A stretch of 64,000 nucleotides of DNA from NCBI GenBank assembly GCA_964019425.1, contig OZ025805.1:868001-932000 (forward strand). Direction: 5' to 3'. Each line of letters opens with the position of its first letter. Within the stretch, counting starts at the first letter, position 1. Origin of the DNA: Flectonema sp. DT1601. Lineage: Eukaryota. Below are positions 1 through 9,029 of this stretch, piece by piece. The position numbers were made by a program, and so were the translations under genes. The notes below the pieces were generated by a model. That model had not been told where the DNA came from and searched no databases. It worked only from the letters and a program-made list of their open reading frames with translations.

Positions 1-3000
1 GTGCTTCTGGGGTAAAGAAGGATGTGAGTGCAACACTACTCCAAGAACCTGTGCTGACTTCTCGACTACAGCTGATTGTGAGAAGGCTAAGTGTCCAGAC
101 AAGGATGATCGTAAGTGCTTCTGGGGTAAAGAAGGATGTGAGTGCAATACTAAACCAAGAACCTGTGCTGACTTCTCGACTGCAAGAGATTGTATGAGAG
201 CTAAGTGTCCAGACAAGGATGATCGTCAGTGCTACTGGGGTAGAGAAGGATGTGAGTGCAACACTACTCCAAGAACCTGTGCTGACTTCTCTGAAAGAGA
301 ATGTGAGAAAGCTAAGTGTCCAGACAAGAATGATCGCAAGTGTTTCTGGGGTAAAGAAGGATGTGAGTGTAACAATACTCCAAGAACTTGTGCTGACTTC
401 TCGACTGCAAGAGATTGTATGAGAGCAAAATGTCCAGACAAGGATGATCGTAAGTGCTACTGGGGTAAAGAAGGATGTGAGTGTAACACTACTCCAAGAA
501 CCTGTGCTGACTTCTCTGTAGGAGAATGTGAGAAAGCTAAGTGTCCAGACCAGAATGATCGTAAGTGCTTCTGGGGTAAGGAAGGTTGTGAGTGCAACAC
601 TAAACCAAGAACCTGTGCTGACTTCTCGACTGCAAGAGATTGTATGAGAGCTAAGTGTCCAGACAAGGATGATCGTAAGTGCTACTGGGGTAAAGAAGGA
701 TGTGAGTGCAATACTACTCCAAGAACCTGTGCTGACTTCTCTGCAGGAGAATGTGAGAAAGCTAAGTGTCCAGACCAGAATGATCGTAAGTGCTTCTGGG
801 GTAAGGAAGGTTGTGAGTGCAATACTAAACCAAGAACCTGTGCTGACTTCTCGACTGCGAGAGATTGTATGAGAGCTAAGTGTCCAGACAAGGATGATCG
901 TCAATGCTTCTGGGGTAAAGAAGGATGTGAGTGCAACACGACTCCAAGAACCTGTGCTGACTTCTCTGAAAGAGAATGTGAGAAAGCTAAGTGTCCAGAC
1001 AAGAATGATCGTAAGTGTTTCTGGGGTAAAGAAGGATGTGAGTGCAACACTACTCCAAGAACCTGTGCTGACTTCTCGACTGCAAGAGATTGTATGAGAG
1101 CTAAGTGTCCAGACCAGGATGATCGTCAGTGCTTCTGGGGTAAACAAGGATGTGAGTGCAACACTACTCCAAGAACCTGTGCTGACTTCTCTGCAGGAGA
1201 ATGTGAGAAAGCTAAGTGTCCAGACCAGGATGATCGTAAGTGCTTCTGGGGTAAGGAAGGTTGTGAGTGCAACAGTAAACCAAGAACCTGTGCTGACTTC
1301 TCGACTGCAAGAGATTGTATGAGAGCTAAGTGTCCAGACAAAGATGATCGTCAGTGCTTCTGGGGTAGAGAAGGATGTGAGTGCAACACTAAACCAAGAA
1401 CCTGTGCTGACTTCTCTGTAGGAGAATGTGAAAAAGCTAAGTGTCCAGACAAAAATGATCGTAAGTGCTTCTGGGGTAAAGATGGATGTGAGTGCAACAC
1501 TAAACCCAGAACCTGTGCTGACTTCTCAACTGCAAGTGATTGTATGAGAGCTAAGTGTCCAGACAAGGATGATCGTAAGTGCTACTGGGGTAAAGAAGGA
1601 TGTGAGTGTAACACTACTCCAAGATCCTGTGCTGACTTCTCGACTACAGCTGATTGTGAGAAAGCTAAGTGTCCAGACCAGAATGATCGTAAGTGCTTCT
1701 GGGGTAAAGAAGGATGTGAGTGCAACACTAAACCAAGAACCTGTGCTGACTTCTCGACTGCAAGAGATTGTATGAGAGCTAAGTGCCCAGACAAGGATGA
1801 TCGTCAGTGCTTCTGGGGTAAAGAAGGATGTGAGTGCAACACTACTCCAAGAACCTGTGCTGACTTCTCTGCAGGAGAATGTGAGAAAGCTAAGTGTCCA
1901 GACCAGAATGATCGTAAGTGCTTCTGGGGTAAAGAAGGATGTGAGTGCAACACTAAACCAAGAACTTGTGCTGACTTCTCGACTGCAAGAGATTGTATGA
2001 GAGCTAAGTGTCCAGACAAGGATGATCGTAAGTGCTACTGGGGTAAAGCAGGATGTGAGTGCAACACTACTCCAAGAACCTGTGCTGATTTCTCTGCAGG
2101 AGAATGTGAGAAAGCTAAGTGTCCAGACCAGAATGATCGTAAGTGCTTCTGGGGTAAAGAAGGATGTGAGTGCAACACTAAACCAAGAACCTGTGCCGAC
2201 TTCTCGACTGCAAGAGATTGTATGAGAGCTAAGTGTCCAGACAAGGATGATCGTCAGTGCTACTGGGGTAAAGAAGGATGTGAGTGCAACACTACTCCAA
2301 GAACCTGTGCTGACTTCTCTGCAGGAGAATGTGAGAAAGCTAAGTGTCCAGACCAGAATGATCGTAAGTGCTTCTGGGGTAAAGAAGGATGTGAGTGCAA
2401 CACTAAACCAAGAACCTGTGCCGACTTCTCGACTGCAAGAGATTGTATGAGAGCTAAGTGTCCAGACAAGGATGATCGTAAGTGCTACTGGGGTAAAGAA
2501 GGATGTGAGTGTAACACTACTCCAAGAACCTGTGCTGACTTCTCTGCAGGAGAATGCGAGAAAGCTAAGTGTCCAGACCAGAATGATCGTAAGTGCTTCT
2601 GGGGTAAAGAAGGATGTGAGTGCAACACTAAACCAAGAACCTGTGCCGACTTCTCGACTGCAAGAGATTGTATGAGAGCTAAGTGTCCAGACAAGGATGA
2701 TCGTAAGTGCTACTGGGGTAAAGAAGGATGTGAGTGTAACACTACTCCAAGAACCTGTGCTGACTTCTCTGCAGGAGAATGTGAGAAAGCTAAGTGTCCA
2801 GACCAGAATGATCGTAAGTGCTTCTGGGGTAAAGAAGGATGTGAGTGCAACACTAAACCAAGAACCTGTGCTGACTTCTCGACTGCAAGAGATTGTATGA
2901 GAGCTAAGTGCCCAGACAAGGATGATCGTCAGTGCTTCTGGGGTAAAGAAGGATGTGAGTGCAACACTACTCCAAGAACCTGTGCTGACTTCTCTGCAGG

Positions 3001-3150
3001 AGAATGTGAGAAAGCTAAGTGTCCAGACCAGAATGATCGTAAGTGCTTCTGGGGTAAAGAAGGATGTGAGTGCAACACTAAACCAAGAACCTGTGCTGAC
3101 TTCTCGACTGCAAGGGATTGTATGAGAGCCAAGTGTCCAGACAAGGATGA
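1..3150 (+). repeat. Coding tandem repeat with a mostly 225-bp dimeric period (114 bp + 111 bp modules)
   Basis: Alternating TCADFSTARDCMRAK (38 aa) and TCADFSAGECEKAK (37 aa) modules. The shadow ORFs recur every 225 bp, with one 228-bp step near 1620-1680 (STTADCEK variant). Confidence 0.95.
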
Positions 3151-4120
3151 TCGTAAGTGTTTCTGGGGTAGTAGAGGATGTGAGTGCAAAGCTGCTCCAA
3201 AAACCTGTGCTGATTTCTCGTCTCCATGGGATTGTAAGAAAGCTAAGTGCCCGGACCAGGATGATGGACAGTGCTTCTGGGGTAAAGAGGGATGTAAATG
3301 CAAAAGTGTTCCTAAAACCTGTGCTGATTTCTCGTCTTCATGGGATTGTAAGAGAGCTAAGTGCCCAGACCAGAAAGATCGAGGGTGCTTCTGGGGTAAA
3401 AATGGATGTGAATGCAAAGCTGCTCCAAAAACCTGTGCTGATTTCTCGTCTTCATGGGATTGTAAGAGAGCTAAGTGCCCAGACCAGAAAGATCGAGGGT
3501 GCTTCTGGGGTAAAAATGGATGTGAATGCAAAGCTGCTCCAAAAACCTGTGCTGATTTCTCGTCTCCATGGGATTGTAAGAGAGCTAAGTGTCCAGACCA
3601 TAAAGATCGAAGGTGCTTCTGGGGTAAAAAAGGATGTGAATGCAAAGCTGCTCCAAAAACCTGTGCTGATTTCTCGTCTCCATGGGATTGTAAGAGAGCT
3701 AAGTGCCCAGACCAGGATGATGGACAGTGCTTCTGGGGTAAAGAAGGATGTAAATGCAAAAGTGTTCCTAAAACGTGTGCTGATTTCTCGTCTTCATGGG
3801 ATTGTAAGAGAGCTAAGTGCCCGGACCAGAAAGATCGTAGGTGCTTCTGGGGTAAAGATGGATGTGAATGCAAGGCTGCTCCAAAAACCTGTGCTGACTT
3901 CACGTACCCATGGGATTGTCAGAGAGCTAAGTGCCCAGACCAGAAAGATCGACCGTGCTACTGGGGTAGAGGTGGATGTAAATGCAAAGCCGCTCCAAAA
4001 ACATGTGCTGATTTCTGGTCTCAATGGGATTGTAAGAGAGCTAAGTGCCCAGATCAGGAAGGTCGTCAGTGTTGCTGGCGTAAAGGAGGATGTGAGTGCG
4101 ACACTACTCCAAGTAAGTGA
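2..4120 (+). CDS. Cysteine-rich tandem-repeat protein, family A (5' end outside window); 37/38-aa six-Cys modules, probably extracellular/structural
   Basis: The frame is open from base 2 (TGC TTC TGG...) to TGA at 4118-4120, so the ATG at 194 is internal. The Cys spacing matches family B (C-x7/8-C-x4-C-PDxxDRx-C-xW-x4-C-x-C). No C-terminal hydrophobic anchor. Confidence 0.85.
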   Translation, partial: CFWGKEGCECNTTPRTCADFSTTADCEKAKCPDKDDRKCFWGKEGCECNTKPRTCADFSTARDCMRAKCPDKDDRQCYWGREGCECNTTPRTCADFSERECEKAKCPDKNDRKCFWGKEGCECNNTPRTCADFSTARDCMRAKCPDKDDRKCYWGKEGCECNTTPRTCADFSVGECEKAKCPDQNDRKCFWGKEGCECNTKPRTCADFSTARDCMRAKCPDKDDRKCYWGKEGCECNTTPRTCADFSAGECEKAKCPDQNDRKCFWGKEGCECNTKPRTCADFSTARDCMRAKCPDKDDRQCFWGKEGCECNTTPRTCADFSERECEKAKCPDKNDRKCFWGKEGCECNTTPRTCADFSTARDCMRAKCPDQDDRQCFWGKQGCECNTTPRTCADFSAGECEKAKCPDQDDRKCFWGKEGCECNSKPRTCADFSTARDCMRAKCPDKDDRQCFWGREGCECNTKPRTCADFSVGECEKAKCPDKNDRKCFWGKDGCECNTKPRTCADFSTASDCMRAKCPDKDDRKCYWGKEGCECNTTPRSCADFSTTADCEKAKCPDQNDRKCFWGKEGCECNTKPRTCADFSTARDCMRAKCPDKDDRQCFWGKEGCECNTTPRTCADFSAGECEKAKCPDQNDRKCFWGKEGCECNTKPRTCADFSTARDCMRAKCPDKDDRKCYWGKAGCECNTTPRTCADFSAGECEKAKCPDQNDRKCFWGKEGCECNTKPRTCADFSTARDCMRAKCPDKDDRQCYWGKEGCECNTTPRTCADFSAGECEKAKCPDQNDRKCFWGKEGCECNTKPRTCADFSTARDCMRAKCPDKDDRKCYWGKEGCECNTTPRTCADFSAGECEKAKCPDQNDRKCFWGKEGCECNTKPRTCADFSTARDCMRAKCPDKDDRKCYWGKEGCECNTTPRTCADFSAGECEKAKCPDQNDRKCFWGKEGCECNTKPRTCADFSTARDCMRAKCPDKDDRQCFWGKEGCECNTTPRTCADFSAGECEKAKCPDQNDRKCFWGKEGCECNTKPRTCADFSTARDCMRAKCPDKDDRKCFWGSRGCECKAAPKTCADFSSPWDCKKAKCPDQDDGQCFWGKEGCKCKSVPKTCADFSSSWDCKRAKCPDQKDRGCFWGKNGCECKAAPKTCADFSSSWDCKRAKCPDQKDRGCFWGKNGCECKAAPKTCADFSSPWDCKRAKCPDHKDRRCFWGKKGCECKAAPKTCADFSSPWDCKRAKCPDQDDGQCFWGKEGCKCKSVPKTCADFSSSWDCKRAKCPDQKDRRCFWGKDGCECKAAPKTCADFTYPWDCQRAKCPDQKDRPCYWGRGGCKCKAAPKTCADFWSQWDCKRAKCPDQEGRQCCWRKGGCECDTTPSK
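3151..4110 (+). repeat. Coding tandem repeat, 114-bp Lys/Trp-rich module variant
   Basis: About 8 modules of the type KTCADFSSxWDCKRAKCPDQKDRxCFWGKxGCECKAAP. Confidence 0.9.
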
Positions 4121-4560
4121 CCAAGTCGTGTGAATAAATATCTGGTTAACAAAATGATATATTTTAAGTAGAAGAAAATTTGATAGCTGTCTTTAAAAAA
4201 TGTATTATGCTTGAATAGGAGTGTAGGGTAACCCCTCCTGCACTGATGAATACTTTAACAAAGCTGTAAATCGTATGATACTGTTTTCTCTTTCTTTCCT
4301 TCAATTAGTATTTCAGATTGTATTAGTGGAATTAATTATTTTTTTTTTTTTCTTGGTCACTTTTTTTTTTGTCGCTCGATTGGTTTAATTAATAATGAAA
4401 GCTGTCTTTGTTTGGAAGATGTTTGCGACTTCTTATTTAAGTGAAGCTTCATTCTGATTTGTTAGGTAATTTGTTTTCGCAGAAACTTTAAACAATAAGC
4501 CCAGAAAACATTTGAATTGTTAAAAACATTGTATAAATCAATTTTATTTTATTTTTTTTT

Positions 4561-5098
4561 GCACTTTCCCCTTTCCCCTTTCCCCTTTCCCCTTTTTTTG
4601 GTAGTAGTTTAGTTGGTTAAAGGTTATCAGTGGCGATCGTGGCGATAGGGTTGATTGTTTAGGTCGCCAATTTAGAGCGAACCAATTTGAATGGTCTCCA
4701 GGCAGATGGGTGAGCTTGTCCTTCCTAGGCTGCTATCACCGAGCGGACCGCTGAAGACTCGAGTAGTCTTGGAAAGCCTTACGTCGGGTTCGTCCACTGT
4801 TAACTTTTGTTTTCATTTTATTTTTTCACATTTATTTTAATTTACAGCTGTTTTTCAGAGTTACGGTAGCGTATGCAAGAAGTGGTCAACTACGTTCACG
4901 TGGCCTCCACCAAAGAAACCAGGCAATGTTCAACGCCTCCTGTTTCATGGTGACAGTACTTTTATTTTTTGTGCAAAGACCTGCAGTATTCTTCCCAGAT
5001 AAATCTTTTCGCATCGGCAAATTTCGTATATCGTATCAAATTCCCCCCCAAAGGGCTCCAGTACGGAAACTGAGAGTCGTGGCTGTACAGGTACAAGC
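4561..5098. repeat. Tandem element copy 1 (538 bp): (CCCCTTT)n tract, foldback segment, T-rich tract, second conserved block
   Basis: Starts GCACTTTCCCC at 4561 and the same start recurs at 5099. The two copies align with scattered substitutions and indels. Confidence 0.9.
4619..4808 (+). ncRNA. Candidate structured RNA or foldback element of unknown family (second copy 5142-5311)
   Basis: AAAGGTTATCAGTGG (4619-4633) pairs with CCACTGTTAACTTTT (4794-4808). There are internal hairpins and a following T-rich tract. I recognise no family motif. Confidence 0.3.
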
Positions 5099-5541
5099 GC
5101 ACTTTCCCCTTTCCCCTTCTTTGGTCGTTGTTTAGTTGGTTAAAGGTTATCAGTGGCGATCGTGGCGATAGGGTTGATCGTTTAGGTCGCCAATTTAGAG
5201 CGAACCTATTTGAATGGTCTCCAGGCAGATGGGTGAGCTTGTCTGCTATCACCGAGCGGACCGCTGAAGACTCGAGTAGTCTTACGTCGGGTTCGTCCAC
5301 TGTTAACCTTTGGTTTCATTTTATTTTTTTACATTTATTTTAATTACAGCTGTAATTTTACTGTCGCCGTAGCGTATGCAAGAGGTGCTCAACTACGTTC
5401 ACGTGGCCTCTGCTAAAGAAACCAGGCAAATGTTCAACGCCTCCTGTTTCATGGTGACAGTACTTTTATTTCTTGTGCAAAGACCTGCGGTATTCTTCCC
5501 AGATAAATCTTTTCGCATCGGCATATTTCCCCCCCCCCCAA
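5099..5541. repeat. Tandem element copy 2 (3'-truncated, two internal 10-bp deletions)
   Basis: Aligns to 4561-~5050. Lacks 4721-4730 and 4771-4780. Similarity ends at the poly-C run near 5540. Confidence 0.9.
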
Positions 5542-5668
5542 TAGCTAAAACCACAACCCCTCTTCTCTCTTTTTTAATTTTTGTCGAATTTATTATTTTC
5601 TTTTAAATTCGAAGATAAATAAAAAAAAATAAAATGCTTTTTTTTTTTTGGCCACATAAAAAAAGTGT

Positions 5669-6362
5669 GTGTTCAATTTGGCTTTGCATTTTTATCTCTC
5701 GCAACGGTCTCCTTTTGTAATACACTTAGCCAACTGTTTTACTACCGAGTCAATAACTGATTATTTCTTTTTCTTCTTTTTTTCCCCCCACCCTCTCTAT
5801 TTTTTTTTTTTCCCGTTCTCTGGAGTTCACTCCTTAAGGGAAGTGAAATACTGCAGTAAGCGTTGTTATTTTTTGAGCATCGGTAGCATTGGACTGAAAC
5901 TAATTCATTCCAAACTACTGAGTTACCTGCTTATACTTCTCATGTTATACTGCAATGTTGGATACATTCTGACGAATTTCTACCTCGAGATTATCGTTGA
6001 ACGCTGCTGTCTTTTTCCTCTTCCTCTCTCTGTTTAGACTGTTATATGTCTATGAAAGAATTGTTTTAGGTGATGAAAATTTGTCGGTGTCTCTCATGAA
6101 TCCTACCTTGCTACGTAGATTTTGTTAATTTTGATTACTTTTGAAACTAAGATTAACGAAATCTCGATTCCAATATGAGCAGTGAAAGGTTTAGTTATTT
6201 AATCATTGTAATTCATTATAACTTAAGTATCATACAAAATATGTTCCGTGGTTTCTCTCCAAATCAACGATCAAATTAGAGGGTGTCGTTGAACACTGAT
6301 ATTTCTTACTTCGTGATTCTCGCTACTTAATATTACTCTTAATAGTTTTTCTAACATCAAAT
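5669..6362 (+). repeat. Diverged copy of the 3' three-quarters of the 885-bp spacer (upstream region of copy 1)
   Basis: Aligns with 9248-9914. It is diverged at its left end and nearly identical over the last ~220 bp before the ATG. Confidence 0.9.
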
Positions 6363-9029
6363 ATGATTTATTCAATCGCTGTTATCCTCACATTGGCTCT
6401 TTCTCAAAGGCCGTGTGATTCGTACGGGAATCTGAGAAGCTGCAGAAGAGCAGTGTGTCCTGATCTTTCTACTCAACAATGTACTTGGATTAGAACTACG
6501 AGGGAGTGTAAATGTGTGAAACCTTCTTGTGATGACTTCTCGACTCCAACTACTTGTCAAACATCTAATTGCCCAGACCAGGATGATCGTCAATGCATCT
6601 GGATTAATAACGGATGTACTTGCAACACAGATCCGAGAACCTGTTCCGAAATCTCAACTCAAGCTGTTTGTCAAAGCTCTAATTGCCCAGATCAGGATGA
6701 TCGTCAATGCATCTGGATTAATAACGGATGTACTTGCAACAAGGATCCAAGAACCTGTTCTGACATCTCAACTCAAGCTGTTTGTCAAAGCTCTAATTGC
6801 CCAGACCAGGATGATCGTCAATGCATCTGGATTAATAACGGATGTACTTGCAACAAGGATCCAAGAACTTGTTCCGACATCTCAACTCAAGCTGTTTGTC
6901 AAAGCTCTAATTGCCCAGACCAGGATGATCGTCAATGCATCTGGATTAATAACGGATGTACTTGCAACAAGGATCCAAGAACCTGTTCTGACATCTCAAC
7001 TCAAGCTGTTTGTCAAAGCTCTAATTGCCCAGACCAGGATGATCGTCAATGCATCTGGATTAATAACGGATGTACTTGCAACAAGGATCCAAGAACTTGT
7101 TCCGACATCTCAACTCAAGCTGTTTGTCAAAGCTCTAATTGCCCAGACCAGGATGATCGTCAATGCATCTGGATTAATAACGGATGTACTTGCAACAAGG
7201 ATCCAAGAACTTGTTCTGACATCTCAACTCAAGCTGTTTGTCAAAGCTCTAATTGCCCAGACCAGGATGATCGTCAATGCATCTGGATTAATAACGGATG
7301 TACTTGCAACAAGGATCCAAGAACCTGTTCTGACATCTCAACTCAAGCTGTTTGTCAAAGCTCTAATTGCCCAGACCAGGATGATCGTCAATGCATCTGG
7401 ATTAATAACGGATGTACTTGCAACAAGGATCCAAGAACCTGTTCTGACATCTCAACTCAAGCTGTTTGTCAAAGCTCTAATTGCCCAGACCAGGATGATC
7501 GTCAATGCATCTGGATTAATAACGGATGTACTTGCAACAAGGATCCAAGAACCTGTTCTGACATCTCAACTCAAGCTGTTTGTCAAAGCTCTAATTGCCC
7601 AGACCAGGATGATCGTCAATGCATCTGGATTAATAACGGATGTACTTGCAACAAGGATCCAAGAACCTGTTCTGACATCTCAACTCAAGCTGTTTGTCAA
7701 AGCTCTAATTGCCCAGACCAGGATGATCGTCAATGCATCTGGATTAATAACGGATGTACTTGCAACAAGGATCCAAGAACCTGTTCTGACATCTCAACTC
7801 AAGCTGTTTGTCAAAGCTCTAATTGCCCAGACCAGGATGATCGTCAATGCATCTGGATTAATAACGGATGTACTTGCAACAAGGATCCAAGAACCTGTTC
7901 CGACATCTCAACTCAAGCTGTTTGTCAAAGCTCTAATTGCCCAGACCAGGATGATCGTCAATGCATCTGGATTAACAACGGATGTACTTGCAACAAGGAT
8001 CCAAGAACCTGTTCCGACATCTCAACTCAAGCTGTTTGTCAAAGCTCTAATTGCCCAGACCAGGATGATCGTCAATGCATCTGGATTAATAACGGATGTA
8101 CTTGCAACAAGGATCCAAGAACCTGTTCTGACATCTCAACTCAAGCTGTTTGTCAAAGCTCTAATTGCCCAGACCAGGATGATCGTCAATGCATCTGGAT
8201 TAATAACGGATGTACTTGCAACAAGGATCCAAGAACCTGTTCCGACATCTCAACTCAAGCTGTTTGTCAAAGCTCTAATTGCCCAGACCAGGATGATCGT
8301 CAATGCATCTGGATTAACAACGGATGTACTTGCAACAAGGATCCAAGAACCTGTTCCGACATCTCAACTCAAGCTGTTTGTCAAAGCTCTAATTGCCCAG
8401 ACCAGGATGATCGTCAATGCATCTGGATTAATAACGGATGTACTTGCAACAAGGATCCAAGAACCTGTTCTGACATCTCAACTCAAGCTGCTTGTCAAAG
8501 CTCTAATTGTCCAGACCAGGATGATCGTCAATGCATCTGGATTAATAACGGATGTACTTGCAACAAGGATCCAAGAACCTGTTCTGACATCTCAACTCAA
8601 GCTGTTTGTCAAAGCTCTAATTGCCCAGACCAGGATGATCGTCAATGCATCTGGATTAACAACGGATGTACTTGCAACAAGGATCCAAGAACTTGTTCCG
8701 ACATCTCAACTCAAGCTGTTTGTCAAAGCTCTAATTGCCCAGACCAGGATGATCGTCAATGCATCTGGATTAATAACGGATGTACTTGCAACAAGGATCC
8801 AAGAACCTGTTCTGACATCTCAACTCAAGCTGTTTGTCAAAGCTCTAATTGCCCAGACCAGGATGATCGTCAATGCATCTGGATTAACAACGGATGTACT
8901 TGCAACAAGGATCCAAGAACCTGTTCTGACATCTCAACTCAAGCTGTTTGTCAGAGCTCTTATTGCCCAGACCAGGATGATCGTCGGTGTGTCTGGAGTG
9001 AAGTTGGGTGTACTTGCCGATTGATTTAG
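6363..9029 (+). CDS. Secreted Cys-rich repeat protein family B, copy 1 (888 aa, 23 modules)
   Basis: ATG, then the hydrophobic leader MIYSIAVILTLALS, uninterrupted 38-aa six-Cys repeats and a TAG stop. Confidence 0.88.
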   Translation: MIYSIAVILTLALSQRPCDSYGNLRSCRRAVCPDLSTQQCTWIRTTRECKCVKPSCDDFSTPTTCQTSNCPDQDDRQCIWINNGCTCNTDPRTCSEISTQAVCQSSNCPDQDDRQCIWINNGCTCNKDPRTCSDISTQAVCQSSNCPDQDDRQCIWINNGCTCNKDPRTCSDISTQAVCQSSNCPDQDDRQCIWINNGCTCNKDPRTCSDISTQAVCQSSNCPDQDDRQCIWINNGCTCNKDPRTCSDISTQAVCQSSNCPDQDDRQCIWINNGCTCNKDPRTCSDISTQAVCQSSNCPDQDDRQCIWINNGCTCNKDPRTCSDISTQAVCQSSNCPDQDDRQCIWINNGCTCNKDPRTCSDISTQAVCQSSNCPDQDDRQCIWINNGCTCNKDPRTCSDISTQAVCQSSNCPDQDDRQCIWINNGCTCNKDPRTCSDISTQAVCQSSNCPDQDDRQCIWINNGCTCNKDPRTCSDISTQAVCQSSNCPDQDDRQCIWINNGCTCNKDPRTCSDISTQAVCQSSNCPDQDDRQCIWINNGCTCNKDPRTCSDISTQAVCQSSNCPDQDDRQCIWINNGCTCNKDPRTCSDISTQAVCQSSNCPDQDDRQCIWINNGCTCNKDPRTCSDISTQAVCQSSNCPDQDDRQCIWINNGCTCNKDPRTCSDISTQAVCQSSNCPDQDDRQCIWINNGCTCNKDPRTCSDISTQAACQSSNCPDQDDRQCIWINNGCTCNKDPRTCSDISTQAVCQSSNCPDQDDRQCIWINNGCTCNKDPRTCSDISTQAVCQSSNCPDQDDRQCIWINNGCTCNKDPRTCSDISTQAVCQSSNCPDQDDRQCIWINNGCTCNKDPRTCSDISTQAVCQSSYCPDQDDRRCVWSEVGCTCRLI

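Noticed and set aside
4113..4118. GTAAGT splice donor at the end of family A
   Set aside because: The same hexamer occurs many times inside the coding repeat, the module ends naturally at the stop, and no downstream exon is evident.
219..4133. Short +1-frame and minus-strand ORFs over family A, and the 73-aa antisense ORFs at family B starts
   Set aside because: Shadow frames of the repetitive Cys-rich gene; most use non-ATG starts or are periodically interrupted.
4564..4595. (CCCCTTT)n as an interstitial telomeric repeat
   Set aside because: Only about 4 units, and not a telomere repeat I recognise; treated as a simple polypyrimidine tract.
4751..4780. Hammerhead ribozyme core (CTGAAGA...GAAA)
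   Set aside because: No proper stem II forms between the motifs, the predicted cleavage-site base would be G, and GAAA is deleted in copy 2. An Infernal scan would settle it.
4619..4960. SRP RNA, RNase P/MRP, 5S rRNA or spliced-leader RNA identity for the tandem element
   Set aside because: I could not find the SRP helix-8 motif, RNase P/MRP conserved regions, 5S boxes or a recognisable SL exon.
4926..5606. Small ORFs within the tandem element
   Set aside because: Frames are not preserved between the two copies (10-bp and 1-bp indels), and I recognise no protein motif.
9015..9029. C-terminal CRLI as a CaaX prenylation motif
   Set aside because: That Cys is the conserved sixth module cysteine, and the protein appears to enter the secretory pathway.
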